Origin: Thermodesulfobacteriota bacterium
GTDB lineage: Bacteria > Desulfobacterota > Desulfarculia > JACQYL01
Direction of reading: 5' to 3'
Length of the DNA stretch: 64,000 nucleotides
Assembly: GCA_963675595.2 (NCBI GenBank)
Contig: CAXXLZ010000002.1
Location: 3,968,001-4,032,000 of the forward strand
Below the pieces are notes generated by a model that worked only from the letters and a program-made list of their open reading frames with translations, was not told the origin of the DNA and searched no databases. Below, piece after piece: positions 47,596-56,872 of this stretch (the first letter of the stretch is position 1; each line of letters opens with the position of its first letter). Both the position numbers and the translations under genes were made by a program.

Positions 47596-48399
47596 TCATT
47601 CCCCTTGTTCCCTTTCGCTGTAAAGAGTGTCGTACAGCAGTTCCGCCATATCCACGATCCTGGGTCCCGTCCTACACGTGAGATTGCAGGGGAACTGGTG
47701 AACCTTTCCCGACTCCACCGCCCGGAGGCGGTTCCAAAGGGGATGGGAGAGGATCATGTCGAGAAACCGCTTGTCCGTGCCGCAGAAGAAGAACATTTCC
47801 GGATTCAATTCGGCGAAGCGTTGGAAGGAGATGCGGGGATACGCTTCCGTGGTCCCGCCGGTGACGTTTCGTCCGCCTCCTCGGGTAATCACGTCGTACT
47901 GAAAAGATCCCGGACCTGCAACGATCAGCTCTTCACCGTCCCATTCCAGCACCCGGGCCACAGTGGTGCGCTTTTCGGGCGGGATTCGGCTTACCTTTCC
48001 ATCCAGTACCGAAAGCCTCGATCGAAGCCCTGCGATGAGCCGTTCGATGTCCTTTTCGGCTTCGAGGAGTCTTGCCGTGTGCTTCATATCCTCGAAAACC
48101 TCATCCATGGTACGGGAATCGTAAAGTACGACCCGGACGCCCCTGCGCTCCAGTTGGGGCGATAGTCGGGAATGAGCGCGTTTCAGACCGAACACCAGAT
48201 TGGCGCCGAGTTCTATTATCTTGTCGATATCCGGATCAAACCAGGAAGCCACATGAGGTTTTTCGGCGACGTTCGCCGGGAAATCGCAGCTGTCCGTGAC
48301 GCCCACGAGAACTTCATCCAGGCCGAGGGCATACAGAGTCTCCGTGATGGAGGGTGTCAATGAGACGATTCTGGTATTCTTGAGCGGGCTTCGCGGCAT
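47596..48399 (-). CDS. BtuF-like (helical-backbone metal receptor) substrate-binding protein
   Basis: RIVSLTPSITETLYALG, VGVTDSCDFP, PDIDKII, LRAVESGKV, GPRIVD; no signal peptide. Confidence 0.85.
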   Translation of the reverse strand: MPRSPLKNTRIVSLTPSITETLYALGLDEVLVGVTDSCDFPANVAEKPHVASWFDPDIDKIIELGANLVFGLKRAHSRLSPQLERRGVRVVLYDSRTMDEVFEDMKHTARLLEAEKDIERLIAGLRSRLSVLDGKVSRIPPEKRTTVARVLEWDGEELIVAGPGSFQYDVITRGGGRNVTGGTTEAYPRISFQRFAELNPEMFFFCGTDKRFLDMILSHPLWNRLRAVESGKVHQFPCNLTCRTGPRIVDMAELLYDTLYSEREQGE

Positions 48400-48709
48400 G
48401 ATCTGGTCCCGATGCTTCAAGTAAGAAATGAACGCTTGGCAGCCCCGCTTGACTCTCGGAGGCGATGTGGACTCTTTGGACTATTCCCGGGCACGGGAAA
48501 ACCGAGCGGGTTGCGGCGCCATGCACCGCATGGTTCGCCGATGAGTGTCTCACATCGGGGCTTTATTTGGAAGATTTTTTGTTAAGGATGGGCCGGGCTA
48601 TTTGCCCAATCAATGGAATGGCGAGTGTGGTTCAACGGGGTTGTCTATGGGCGAAGCGGTGACCCGCAGCCTTCGCGCGGGAGCATAAGAGTTGAATTCA
48701 CGAGCTTAT

Positions 48710-49651
48710 TTATTGCTCACGGCGGTTCCAGGCTTCCGTGCCGCCTTCAAAGTTGCGGGCTTGGGGCAGCCCCGCGAGTTCATGAACCAACCAGACGTAA
48801 CCGGAACGGACTCCGCCCGTGCAATAGTATACAACGGGCCGCTCCATAGAGACCCCTTCACGTTTCAGAAGGCTATGAGTGCGCCGGGGGTCGAGGGGAC
48901 GCCGCTCCGATCCGGTAAAGAACCCGGTCCAGGGGATGTGGATCGCTCCCGGAAGTCTGCTTCCCATGAACCATTCCAGCGTGGAGCGTGTATCCACCAA
49001 CGTCCAACGGGAAGGGTCTTCCGCTAATTCGGAAACGGATACCTCGACTTCGGGGCGCAACGACAAACGATACTCGGCCGCGGAACGTTGAGCGTCGGCT
49101 TTGCCGGTATCGAGAGGAAAACCTTGCTCTTTCCATGCCTGAATGCCGCCGTCCAGCAAACGCAAACGGCCCTGGTGGCCGAGAAGCGTGAGCACCCAGC
49201 AGGCCCAACCTTCGCCGCCCCAGCTCGAATCCGCGTCTCCGTAGACAACCAGGGAATCGGACTCGGAAATTCCCATTTCGCCCAGGAGCTCGGCGAGCCG
49301 CTCGGGTGCCGGCGTCCGATATCGAACGCCTCGATCGTCGGTGTTGGTGATGTCGCCCCAATGGAAACTAAGGGCTCCGGGAAGCCTGCGCTCCTCCCAT
49401 CGGTCCCGTGGACGGGCATCCAGCAGAGTCCACTGGCTTAGGGACGCCCGAAGGGCGTTCGGGTCGATCAGTTCCAAATCAAACTCCGCTCCAAAAGAAG
49501 GCATCACATAATTCAACAGAAAGAGCGCGCAAAGAACCCCTCCCAAGAGACGGATTTTGTGCCGGAGTCGAGAGAAATGGAAATGTCTTTGCTTCGATCC
49601 GGTATGAGGAACGCTTTTCGGAGCGCCCTCTACTGTATGGAAACGACGCAA
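48710..49651 (-). CDS. Tandem-domain rhodanese / sulfurtransferase, probably exported
   Basis: LLDARP, LPGA, VVYGD, LLDGGIQAW, LVDTRS, active site YYCTGGVRSG, NFEGG; start uncertain (TTG 49651 has a GAGAGGA RBS); hydrophobic stretch LLGGVLCALFLL. Confidence 0.85.
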   Translation of the reverse strand: MRRFHTVEGAPKSVPHTGSKQRHFHFSRLRHKIRLLGGVLCALFLLNYVMPSFGAEFDLELIDPNALRASLSQWTLLDARPRDRWEERRLPGALSFHWGDITNTDDRGVRYRTPAPERLAELLGEMGISESDSLVVYGDADSSWGGEGWACWVLTLLGHQGRLRLLDGGIQAWKEQGFPLDTGKADAQRSAAEYRLSLRPEVEVSVSELAEDPSRWTLVDTRSTLEWFMGSRLPGAIHIPWTGFFTGSERRPLDPRRTHSLLKREGVSMERPVVYYCTGGVRSGYVWLVHELAGLPQARNFEGGTEAWNRREQ

Positions 49652-50271
49652 CGTATACTTCCTCTCATGCCCAAACGACCCAAGGGGAAGACCAGTTCTT
49701 CTCCGTCGAACGAGCCCGGAGGGATGCTCAGGGCCACGGTATGGATCCCGCGGCGAATGCCCCGGCCGCCGCAGTCGGAGCAAACACCGAAGAAGTCGTA
49801 TCCGCGGCCGCCACATGTTCCGCAAAGAGCCTCGATGGGGACATCCAGGTTTACCCGGGTGCCTCTTTGTGCCTGCGCGGGAGTGAGAACCACCTCGGCA
49901 TAGAGGTCTCGGCCGTGTGCGTGGCGTGTTTCATGGGGAAAACCGCGTCCGTTGAGAAGCGCCTCAATGAAGCTCGCAAGAGACATGTGCCCTTCGAAAA
50001 AAGATTCCGCTCTTCCGCCGTAGGCCGGACGCCGCGGAGGGACGGCATTACGGGGTCTGCGAGCGGCTTCCATCTCGCGGTCGTATCTACGTCGACCGGC
50101 GGGGTCGCCGAGCACTTCGTAGGCTTCCTGCACTTCGATGAACTGCTCGACGGAAGCATGCTCGTTGAGATCCGGATGGGTCCGCAGCACGGCTCGGCGG
50201 TGCGCCCGCCTGATGCAGGCTTGATCCGAGTCTCTCGTGATTCCCAAGATGGCGTAGTAATCTTTTTTCAA
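49630..50271 (-). CDS. Short DnaJ-domain protein with one zinc-finger pair
   Basis: KDYYAILG, HPD motif, EAYEVLGDP; CGTCGGRG and CSDCGGRG; truncated C-terminal domain. Confidence 0.88.
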   Translation of the reverse strand: MKKDYYAILGITRDSDQACIRRAHRRAVLRTHPDLNEHASVEQFIEVQEAYEVLGDPAGRRRYDREMEAARRPRNAVPPRRPAYGGRAESFFEGHMSLASFIEALLNGRGFPHETRHAHGRDLYAEVVLTPAQAQRGTRVNLDVPIEALCGTCGGRGYDFFGVCSDCGGRGIRRGIHTVALSIPPGSFDGEELVFPLGRLGMRGSIRCVVSIQ

Positions 50272-50399
50272 GGTCTTTCGACTCTTCGGGATCGCCTTAG
50301 GTCCCGACTGCTTGGGGGCTGCGGTGGATGAAAAATGTTCCGGTAAGCCCTTTTTTGAAGAGGATCCCGCCCATTCTATCCCAATGGGAGATCCGACGC

Positions 50400-50437
50400 A
50401 AAAAAAGGTCGGGGCGGGCGTCTAAGACGCCGCCCCC
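50400..50437 (-). terminator. Rho-independent terminator of gltA
   Basis: Minus strand GGGGCGGCGTC-TTA-GACGCCCGCCCC followed by a T7 tract, about 30 nt after the stop codon. Confidence 0.75.
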
Positions 50438-50465
50438 ATAGTGATTCCGGGAAACTGAGTCCGCG

Positions 50466-51818
50466 TTACAGGGCGATTTCCGAGATGCGTCTGGGAATGC
50501 GGAAGGCATTGACGTCTTCAGGGTCTTCCACACGGTCTTCAAGGGGTATGTAGGTGGTGAGCCCTCGACCTTCGTAGACTTGTCTCGGTCGATAGATTTT
50601 CCAGTTGGGATCGTCCGCGCCTTCCTTCCATTGAGCAATCCATCCCGGAAGGCGACCGATGGCGAACATGACCGTAAACATATTTGTTGGAATTCCAATG
50701 GCGCGCAAGACGATGCCGCTGTAGAAATCCACGTTGGGATAAAGCTGGTGGTCGACGAAGTAGGGGTCTTCCAGAGCGGTTTCCTCGAGCTGAAGGGCGA
50801 TGTCCAATAATGGGTCTTTGATATGCTTTTTCGCCAGGATCTTGTCGCACATCTTCTTCATCACTTTGGCGCGCGGGTCGTAAGTCTTGTAGATACGGTG
50901 TCCGAAACCCATGAGTCGGAACGGATCCGACCGGTCTTTGGCTCGTTTGATAAACGGCTGGATGTCGCCGCCGTTTTCGTCGATTTCGGTAAGCATCTTA
51001 ATGACGGCCTGATTCGCGCCACCGTGGAGCGGACCCCAAAGAGCGTTAATACCCGCCGCTATGGCTGCGTAAAGGTTGACGCGTGCGCTGCCGACGAGTC
51101 GGACCGCAGTGGTGGAGCAATTCTGACTGTGATCCCCGTGAAGTATCCAGAACGCATTCAATGCTTTGACGATGTCTTCGTCCACGTTATAGTGCTTTAC
51201 CGGCGTATGGAACATCATGTTCAAGAAATTGGCGCAGTAGCTCAGATCCGGTCTGGGATACACGACCTTGTGGCCGCGAGATATCTTGTAGGACATGGCG
51301 GCCATGGTGCGCACTTTGGACAGAAGCCGCGTGAGGGTGATGTTGATCTGTTCCTCTTCCGAGAGTCCCTCCAGCTCCGGGTAAAAGGCCATGAGGTTGT
51401 TTACCATGGAAGACAGAATTCCCATGGGATGGGAATGATGTGGAAAATTTTGGTAAAAAACCTGCATGTTTTCGTGGACCAAGGAATGGTCGTTCAACAG
51501 CATTCGAAAATTGTTCAGCTGGGGCAGCGTCGGAAGCACTCCGTTGATCAACAGGTAGGCCGTCTCGACAAACGTGGATTTTTCGGCGAGTTCCTCCACG
51601 GGAATCCCGCGATACCGGAGGATACCGTTCTCACCGTCCACATATGAAATGCAGCTTTTGCAACTCGCGGTGTTGGCGAACCCCGGATCAATGGTCATGT
51701 ATCCGGTGAGTTGTCTGAGTTTTGTGATGTCAATGGCCTTTTCCCCTTCGGTACCGGTGATCACGGGGAGTTCAACGATTCTGTCGTCGGGCAAGGTAAG
51801 CTTCAACGTTTCTGACAT
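50466..51818 (-). CDS. gltA: Citrate synthase (type II, Si)
   Basis: DPGFANTASC, GILRYRGIPVEELA, HPMG, LWGPLHGGANQAV, RLMGFGHRIYK, LYPNVDFYSG, RPRQVY. Confidence 0.96.
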   Translation of the reverse strand: MSETLKLTLPDDRIVELPVITGTEGEKAIDITKLRQLTGYMTIDPGFANTASCKSCISYVDGENGILRYRGIPVEELAEKSTFVETAYLLINGVLPTLPQLNNFRMLLNDHSLVHENMQVFYQNFPHHSHPMGILSSMVNNLMAFYPELEGLSEEEQINITLTRLLSKVRTMAAMSYKISRGHKVVYPRPDLSYCANFLNMMFHTPVKHYNVDEDIVKALNAFWILHGDHSQNCSTTAVRLVGSARVNLYAAIAAGINALWGPLHGGANQAVIKMLTEIDENGGDIQPFIKRAKDRSDPFRLMGFGHRIYKTYDPRAKVMKKMCDKILAKKHIKDPLLDIALQLEETALEDPYFVDHQLYPNVDFYSGIVLRAIGIPTNMFTVMFAIGRLPGWIAQWKEGADDPNWKIYRPRQVYEGRGLTTYIPLEDRVEDPEDVNAFRIPRRISEIAL

Positions 51819-52390
51819 ATCCGTTATTCCTTTCCTGAACTGTCATAATCTGCCTCGAACGGGGATATACTCCGGCGACATGGCAGGGACAGGATATTCC
51901 ATTCCGACTTCAAGCCGGCAAATGACGGAATTGCTGGTGTTCCGGGTTACAGCCGAGCAGAAAGCAGAGAACTGCTGCGGGAAAAGACCCTTGATCGGTC
52001 CTGTCCGTGTTGCGATGAAAACACGAAACGAACCCTCGTCGAAAGTCTCTCTTTCGGAGGTGGAGGGAATCAGCCGAACCCGATCCACCGATAAGTACCG
52101 CTTCGTACAAGCGCGGTTTTCGGCGAGCCGATAAGGCAGGACCCAACCTCAGCCCGAGACACGACTCACGGTTCAGCGGCACCCAAAAACACACCGCCTT
52201 GCTTCGAACGGATCGCGAATCGCGGGCAACAAATCCGTCCCGGTTGAGGACACCAACGACATACCGCAGTGTTCACTCGGAATCGGACCTTCTGGCTCAT
52301 TCTATACCATACGAAAGCTGCAAAGGATTGTCCAGCAGATTACTTGGGCGGGAGAGAAAGAAAGTCGAGGGGAGGGAAGGATTGACCTGA

Positions 52391-52410
52391 AAATGAATAG
52401 CCATTCATTT
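52391..52410. promoter_or_regulatory. Palindromic operator (TetR/FadR-like) upstream of thiolase
   Basis: AAATGAAT-AGCC-ATTCATTT, perfect 8-bp arms, flanked by TTGACC (52382) and TATACT (52421). Confidence 0.6.
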
Positions 52411-52662
52411 GGATTCGGGTTATACTGCGCCCCACGCATCAAAACACCGATTGATGAAGCCGCCGAAGACCGACCCCGATGAACCGCCTTGGAGCGCCAC
52501 CCACCGTTCACGGCGTTTACATACACCGGAGTCGAATCTCGGGGCATCGGCGGCACGGATATATTCCGGACGTGCGTCCCGGGGACTTTCCGCCGAATAT
52601 CTCGTTGGAGAGCCGAACAAGCGCATCAAACCGATGCGGAAACTCGATCTGAGGAGGACATA

Positions 52663-53862
52663 ATGAAAAAAGATACCGACGTTGTTATCGTTTCCTACGC
52701 TCGCACCCCCATTGCCAAATTCGGTGGAAGCCTCGCGTCCTTGAGGGCCTTCGAACTGGCCGGAGTAGCCATGGAGACTGCGGTGGCTCGTGCGGGCATC
52801 GAAAAGAGCCTATTGGACGACGTAATCATGGGGGACTGCATTCAGGCTCCGTCGGAAGCCAATACGGCCCGCACTGCGGCTTTGCATATCGGAATCCCCG
52901 TTGAAGTGCCCGCGGTCACCATTCAACGCCAATGCTCTTCGGCCATGCAGGCCGTCATTTTCGGCAGCCAGCAGATCATGTGCGGAGATTCCGAGGTGGT
53001 GCTTGCCGGTGGAACGGAATCCATGAGCAACGCCCCTTACGCCCTACCCTCCGCCCGATGGGGGCAAAGGCTTCAGCATGGCGAAATGATGGACATCGTG
53101 TGGGAAATCCTCTATTCCGGGAGCCGGGCTCTGGACGATCCCATCATCATGGGCCAGACTGCGGAAAACTTGGCCGACCAGTACGGAATTTCCCGCGAAG
53201 AGCAGGACGAAGTGGCGTTGAGAAGCCATAACAACGCCGAAGCCGCCATAATAGCGGGAAGGTTCAAAGATGAGATCGTCCCCGTGGTGATCAAGAACCC
53301 GAAAAAGGGCGATACCGTTGTGGATACGGACGAACATGTGCGCATGGGTCTAAAGATGGAAGACATTTCACGTTTGAAACCCGTATTCAAGAAGGACGGC
53401 ACCGTCACTGCGGGCAATTCTTCCGGCCTGAACGACGGCGCCGCCGCCATGATCATCATGTCCCGCGCCAAAGCTCGTGATTTGGGGGTCTCGCCCATCG
53501 CGCGGATCGTTAATCATGCGTTGGCGGGCGTGGATCCCAAAATCATGGGATACGGCCCCGTACCGGCAACGACCAAGTTGCTTAAGAAGGCGGGGGTGGC
53601 CCTGGCGGATATCGAGCTCATCGAACTGAACGAAGCGTTTGCCGCACAGTACCTGGCCTGCGAGAAGGGGTTGGGGCTGAATCGGGAGATCGTCAACGTC
53701 AACGGCAGCGGCATCGGGCTCGGCCATCCCGTGGGATGCACCGGCGCCCGGATCATGATTTCCTTGCTGGAGGAGATGAAACGACGCGGCAGCGGTGTGG
53801 GTTTGGCCACTTTGTGCGTGGGCGGCGGCATGGGGGCCGCGACTCTTCTGGAACTGGAATAA
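52663..53862 (+). CDS. Acetyl-CoA C-acyltransferase (thiolase)
   Basis: ARTPIAKFGG, QCSSAMQA, GGTESMS, GTVTAGNSSGLNDGAA, ELNEAFAAQ, NGSGIGLGHPVGCTG, LCVGGGMG; GAGGAGG RBS. Confidence 0.96.
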   Translation: MKKDTDVVIVSYARTPIAKFGGSLASLRAFELAGVAMETAVARAGIEKSLLDDVIMGDCIQAPSEANTARTAALHIGIPVEVPAVTIQRQCSSAMQAVIFGSQQIMCGDSEVVLAGGTESMSNAPYALPSARWGQRLQHGEMMDIVWEILYSGSRALDDPIIMGQTAENLADQYGISREEQDEVALRSHNNAEAAIIAGRFKDEIVPVVIKNPKKGDTVVDTDEHVRMGLKMEDISRLKPVFKKDGTVTAGNSSGLNDGAAAMIIMSRAKARDLGVSPIARIVNHALAGVDPKIMGYGPVPATTKLLKKAGVALADIELIELNEAFAAQYLACEKGLGLNREIVNVNGSGIGLGHPVGCTGARIMISLLEEMKRRGSGVGLATLCVGGGMGAATLLELE

Positions 53863-53877
53863 GAGAGGTCGTCCATG

Positions 53878-53908
53878 AAGGAGCGCCCTGCGCAGGGCGC
53901 TCCTTTCT
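53878..53908 (+). terminator. Terminator-like hairpin after thiolase
   Basis: Perfect 28-bp palindrome AAGGAGCGCCCTGC|GCAGGGCGCTCCTT followed by TCT; a second hairpin CCGCCCCT/AGGGGCGG lies at 53943-53964. Confidence 0.7.
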
Positions 53909-53997
53909 ATGATGTATTATCGGGCTCCGGGTAGTCTGTGCGCCGCCCCTGAGCTGAGGGGCGGGATTGGGTCATGGGCCAAAGAAGGGAGAGCATT

Positions 53998-54759
53998 ATG
54001 AGTTTGTCGGTGGATCTCAAAGGAAAGACCGCCCTGGTCACCGGGGGAAGTCGAGGACTGGGAAAGGGAATTGCCCTGGCTCTGGGCCGGAACGGCGCAC
54101 GAGTGGCCGTATTCGGAAGGAAACAGGAAAACCTGGATCAGGCTTTGAGCGATTTGAAGGCCCAGGGTGTCGACGCCGTTGGTATGACGGCCAAAGTGGG
54201 CGATCCGGACCAAGTTGCCGACGTCTTTTCAGCCGTGAGGAAAGAGTTCGGACGATTGGACATTCTGGTCAACAACGTCGGCATGAACATTTTCACTCCT
54301 TCGGTGATGGAAGCGGAACTTGGGCTTTGGAACAAGACCCTTGAGACCAACCTGACCGGGGTGTTCTTGTGCAGCCGTGAAGCGGTCGGGCTCATGAAGG
54401 AACAGGGCGGGGGCAAGATCGTCAATATTTCCTCGCTGGCCGGAACCCGTGCCGAAACCGGGTTGGGAATTTATTGCGTGGCCAAGGCCGCGGTGGAGAT
54501 GCTCACCCGGGTAATGGCCAAAGAACTGGCCCTCTCCAATATCCAGGTGAACGCCGTGGCACCCTCCGTGGTAAGGACGGATTTCAGCAAGCCGCTGTGG
54601 AACAATGAGGAAATTCTGAAACAAATTCTGAAGACCATACCCATGGGCCGCATTGCCGAAGTGGACGATGTGGTCGGTACGGTCTTGTTCTTGGCGTCTC
54701 CTGCCGCCGACTTCATCACCGGGGCGGTAATTCCGGTGGACGGGGGATCGCTTACGTAA
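53998..54759 (+). CDS. Short-chain dehydrogenase/reductase (FabG-like)
   Basis: VTGGSRGLGKG, LVNNVG, NISS, YCVAK, VNAVAP, ITGAVIPVDGG. Confidence 0.94.
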   Translation: MSLSVDLKGKTALVTGGSRGLGKGIALALGRNGARVAVFGRKQENLDQALSDLKAQGVDAVGMTAKVGDPDQVADVFSAVRKEFGRLDILVNNVGMNIFTPSVMEAELGLWNKTLETNLTGVFLCSREAVGLMKEQGGGKIVNISSLAGTRAETGLGIYCVAKAAVEMLTRVMAKELALSNIQVNAVAPSVVRTDFSKPLWNNEEILKQILKTIPMGRIAEVDDVVGTVLFLASPAADFITGAVIPVDGGSLT

Positions 54760-54800
54760 AGCCGAACAACCGAGGGAATCCTGACCCCTCGGAATCGCGG

Positions 54801-55892
54801 ATGGATATGAAGATTGCGCTTATTCGCCGGGAATATACCGATTTCGGCGGTGCGGAACGGTATTTGGCGGCGCTGGCCAACGCACTGTGCGATGTGGGGC
54901 ACGAGGTGCATATTCTAGCGGGACGGTGGAAGTCGGGAGACACGCGTCTCCGCTTCCATCAGGTCCGAACGGCACCGGGGCCCGGTTTCGTCAAGATTCT
55001 CTCTTTCGCCCGAAATTGCCTGCATTTGACTTCCCAAGGCCGGTATGACATCATTCACAGCTTCGAACGTACGCTGAAACAGGACGTGTACCGGGCGGGG
55101 GACGGTTGTCATAAAGAATGGTTGATCCAACGCCGTCAGGCGGACTCACTGCCGAAAAGATGGTCCTACAGGCTTAATCCGCTTCATTTGACGTACCTTT
55201 ATCTGGAGAAAAGGCTGTTTGCGGACCCTCGACTGCAAAGGGTCATTGCCAATTCCCACCGAGGCAAGAGGGAAATCGTAAGTCATTACGGTGTGTCGCC
55301 GGAGCGCATTTGCGTTATTCACAACGGTGTGGACCGGACCCTGTTGAAACGATCCGCCGCTTCGCCGCCCGCCGATGTTCCCTGGAAAAGTTTCATTTTG
55401 TTCGTGGGATCGGGCTTTGAACGCAAAGGGTTGACCACGGCGATCCGGGCCGTGGCCATGCTTGACGACCCTGCCGCCCGATTGGTTGTTGTGGGGAAGG
55501 ATCGTCCGGCTCCGTACGCGGCTTTGGCCTCGAAACTGGGGGCCGGTGAGCGGGTCTTCTTTGCGGGTCCACGTCGGGAAGTGGGCTCCTTCTACAGAGC
55601 GGCGAGTGCTTTCGTGCTTCCTACCCTTTACGAGCCTTTCAGCAACGCTTGCCTGGAAGCTTCGGCGTTCGGGCTTCCCGTGGTGACGACTCGGGCCAAC
55701 GGTTTCTCGGAATGCCTCAAGGAGGGAGAAACCGGATATGTCCTGGAAGACCCTTTGGACGCCGAGTCGGCTGCTGCGGCTTTACGAAAAGCGCTCCGCG
55801 GCGGAAGAGTCGTTCCTCCGAATTATCCGACCATCGAGGACAATGTGAAGGAGATGCTCAAGGTATACGAGGATATCCGATGGCGGGGGTAG
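54801..55892 (+). CDS. Glycosyltransferase family 4, LPS core (WabG/WaaG-like)
   Basis: FGGAERY, DVYRAGDGCH, FVGSGFERKG, LPTLYEPFSNACLEA. Confidence 0.9.
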   Translation: MDMKIALIRREYTDFGGAERYLAALANALCDVGHEVHILAGRWKSGDTRLRFHQVRTAPGPGFVKILSFARNCLHLTSQGRYDIIHSFERTLKQDVYRAGDGCHKEWLIQRRQADSLPKRWSYRLNPLHLTYLYLEKRLFADPRLQRVIANSHRGKREIVSHYGVSPERICVIHNGVDRTLLKRSAASPPADVPWKSFILFVGSGFERKGLTTAIRAVAMLDDPAARLVVVGKDRPAPYAALASKLGAGERVFFAGPRREVGSFYRAASAFVLPTLYEPFSNACLEASAFGLPVVTTRANGFSECLKEGETGYVLEDPLDAESAAAALRKALRGGRVVPPNYPTIEDNVKEMLKVYEDIRWRG

Positions 55893-56641
55893 GAGTGTCG
55901 CGCATAACCCTTCCAATCCTGTATTACCATCGGGTGGACCGAGGCCTTCATCCCTCCAAGGGTGTCTCTCCCGGTTCCTTTTCCAGGCAAATGGCTTGGC
56001 TCCGTCGCATGGGGTACCAATCCGTCCGATTCGACGATCTGGCGGCGTATTTCGAAGACCGGGCACGGCTGCCCCGAAAACCCGTAATCATCACTTTTGA
56101 CGACGGCTACGAGGATAACTACCGACAGGCCTATCCGATCCTCCGGCATTTCGGTTTCACCGCGACGATCTTCCTGGTGACCGATCTCATCGGCCAAACG
56201 AGTTCCTGGATCGACAATCCCGAGGAGGTCCTCCCTTTGATGAACCTCGAACAGGTTCGGGAAATGCAATCCGAAGGATTTTCTTTCGGGTCGCACACTT
56301 GCGGCCATTCCTGCTTGGTCGAGGTCACCGATGAAAAGGCCCGGGATGAAATCTTCCGGTCGAAGCAAGACCTGGAGAACCTTCTCCAGGAAGAAGTGAC
56401 CAGCTTCTGCTATCCCTTCGGGGATTACAGCGATGCGGTGGTAGGCATGGTGCGGGAGGCCGGCTATCGGGCGGCACGGGTTGTGGACACCGACAACCGG
56501 CATGGGCGTTCCGACCTTCCGGCGCTCCGTTGCGTGAAAGTCAACGGCTACGTTCCTTTCACCAAATTCGCTTTCTATCTGACTCGTTGGTACCATTGGG
56601 AGGTCGTACTGCAGGAGCGCAGGCGGAAGACCGCTCAATAA
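55880..56641 (+). CDS. CE4 polysaccharide deacetylase
   Basis: PILYYHRV, ITFDDGYEDNY, FGSHTCGH, SFCYPFG. Confidence 0.92.
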   Translation: MAGVGVSRITLPILYYHRVDRGLHPSKGVSPGSFSRQMAWLRRMGYQSVRFDDLAAYFEDRARLPRKPVIITFDDGYEDNYRQAYPILRHFGFTATIFLVTDLIGQTSSWIDNPEEVLPLMNLEQVREMQSEGFSFGSHTCGHSCLVEVTDEKARDEIFRSKQDLENLLQEEVTSFCYPFGDYSDAVVGMVREAGYRAARVVDTDNRHGRSDLPALRCVKVNGYVPFTKFAFYLTRWYHWEVVLQERRRKTAQ

Positions 56642-56872
56642 TTAGTTTAGGGGGATGAGTGGGCGTCACCGGGTTCACGCGATCCGGCGCATCGGGGCCG
56701 CTCATCCCCAGAGAATCCGGCCGGCGGTCCGAGAACGGTTTTCCGGACCGAGGCCTCCTTAACAGCCCTGAAGGTTTCTAAACGTCGGACTTTGGGGCGG
56801 CGGTTTATTCTCGTCCTTTTCGCCCGTTCCGGGCCCCTTTTTTCAAGTGCTTTTCGGCATCGGAGACCGGTA

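Noticed and set aside
48420-48710. Cobalamin riboswitch upstream of the BtuF-like gene
   Set aside because: No AGGGAA/GGTG-AA-TCC, GCCACTG or B12-box elements found on the minus strand
51110-51145. Citrate synthase HGDHSQNCST instead of the usual HADHEQNAST, suggesting altered specificity
   Set aside because: Catalytic His/His/Asp motifs are intact and such substitutions cannot be interpreted without an alignment
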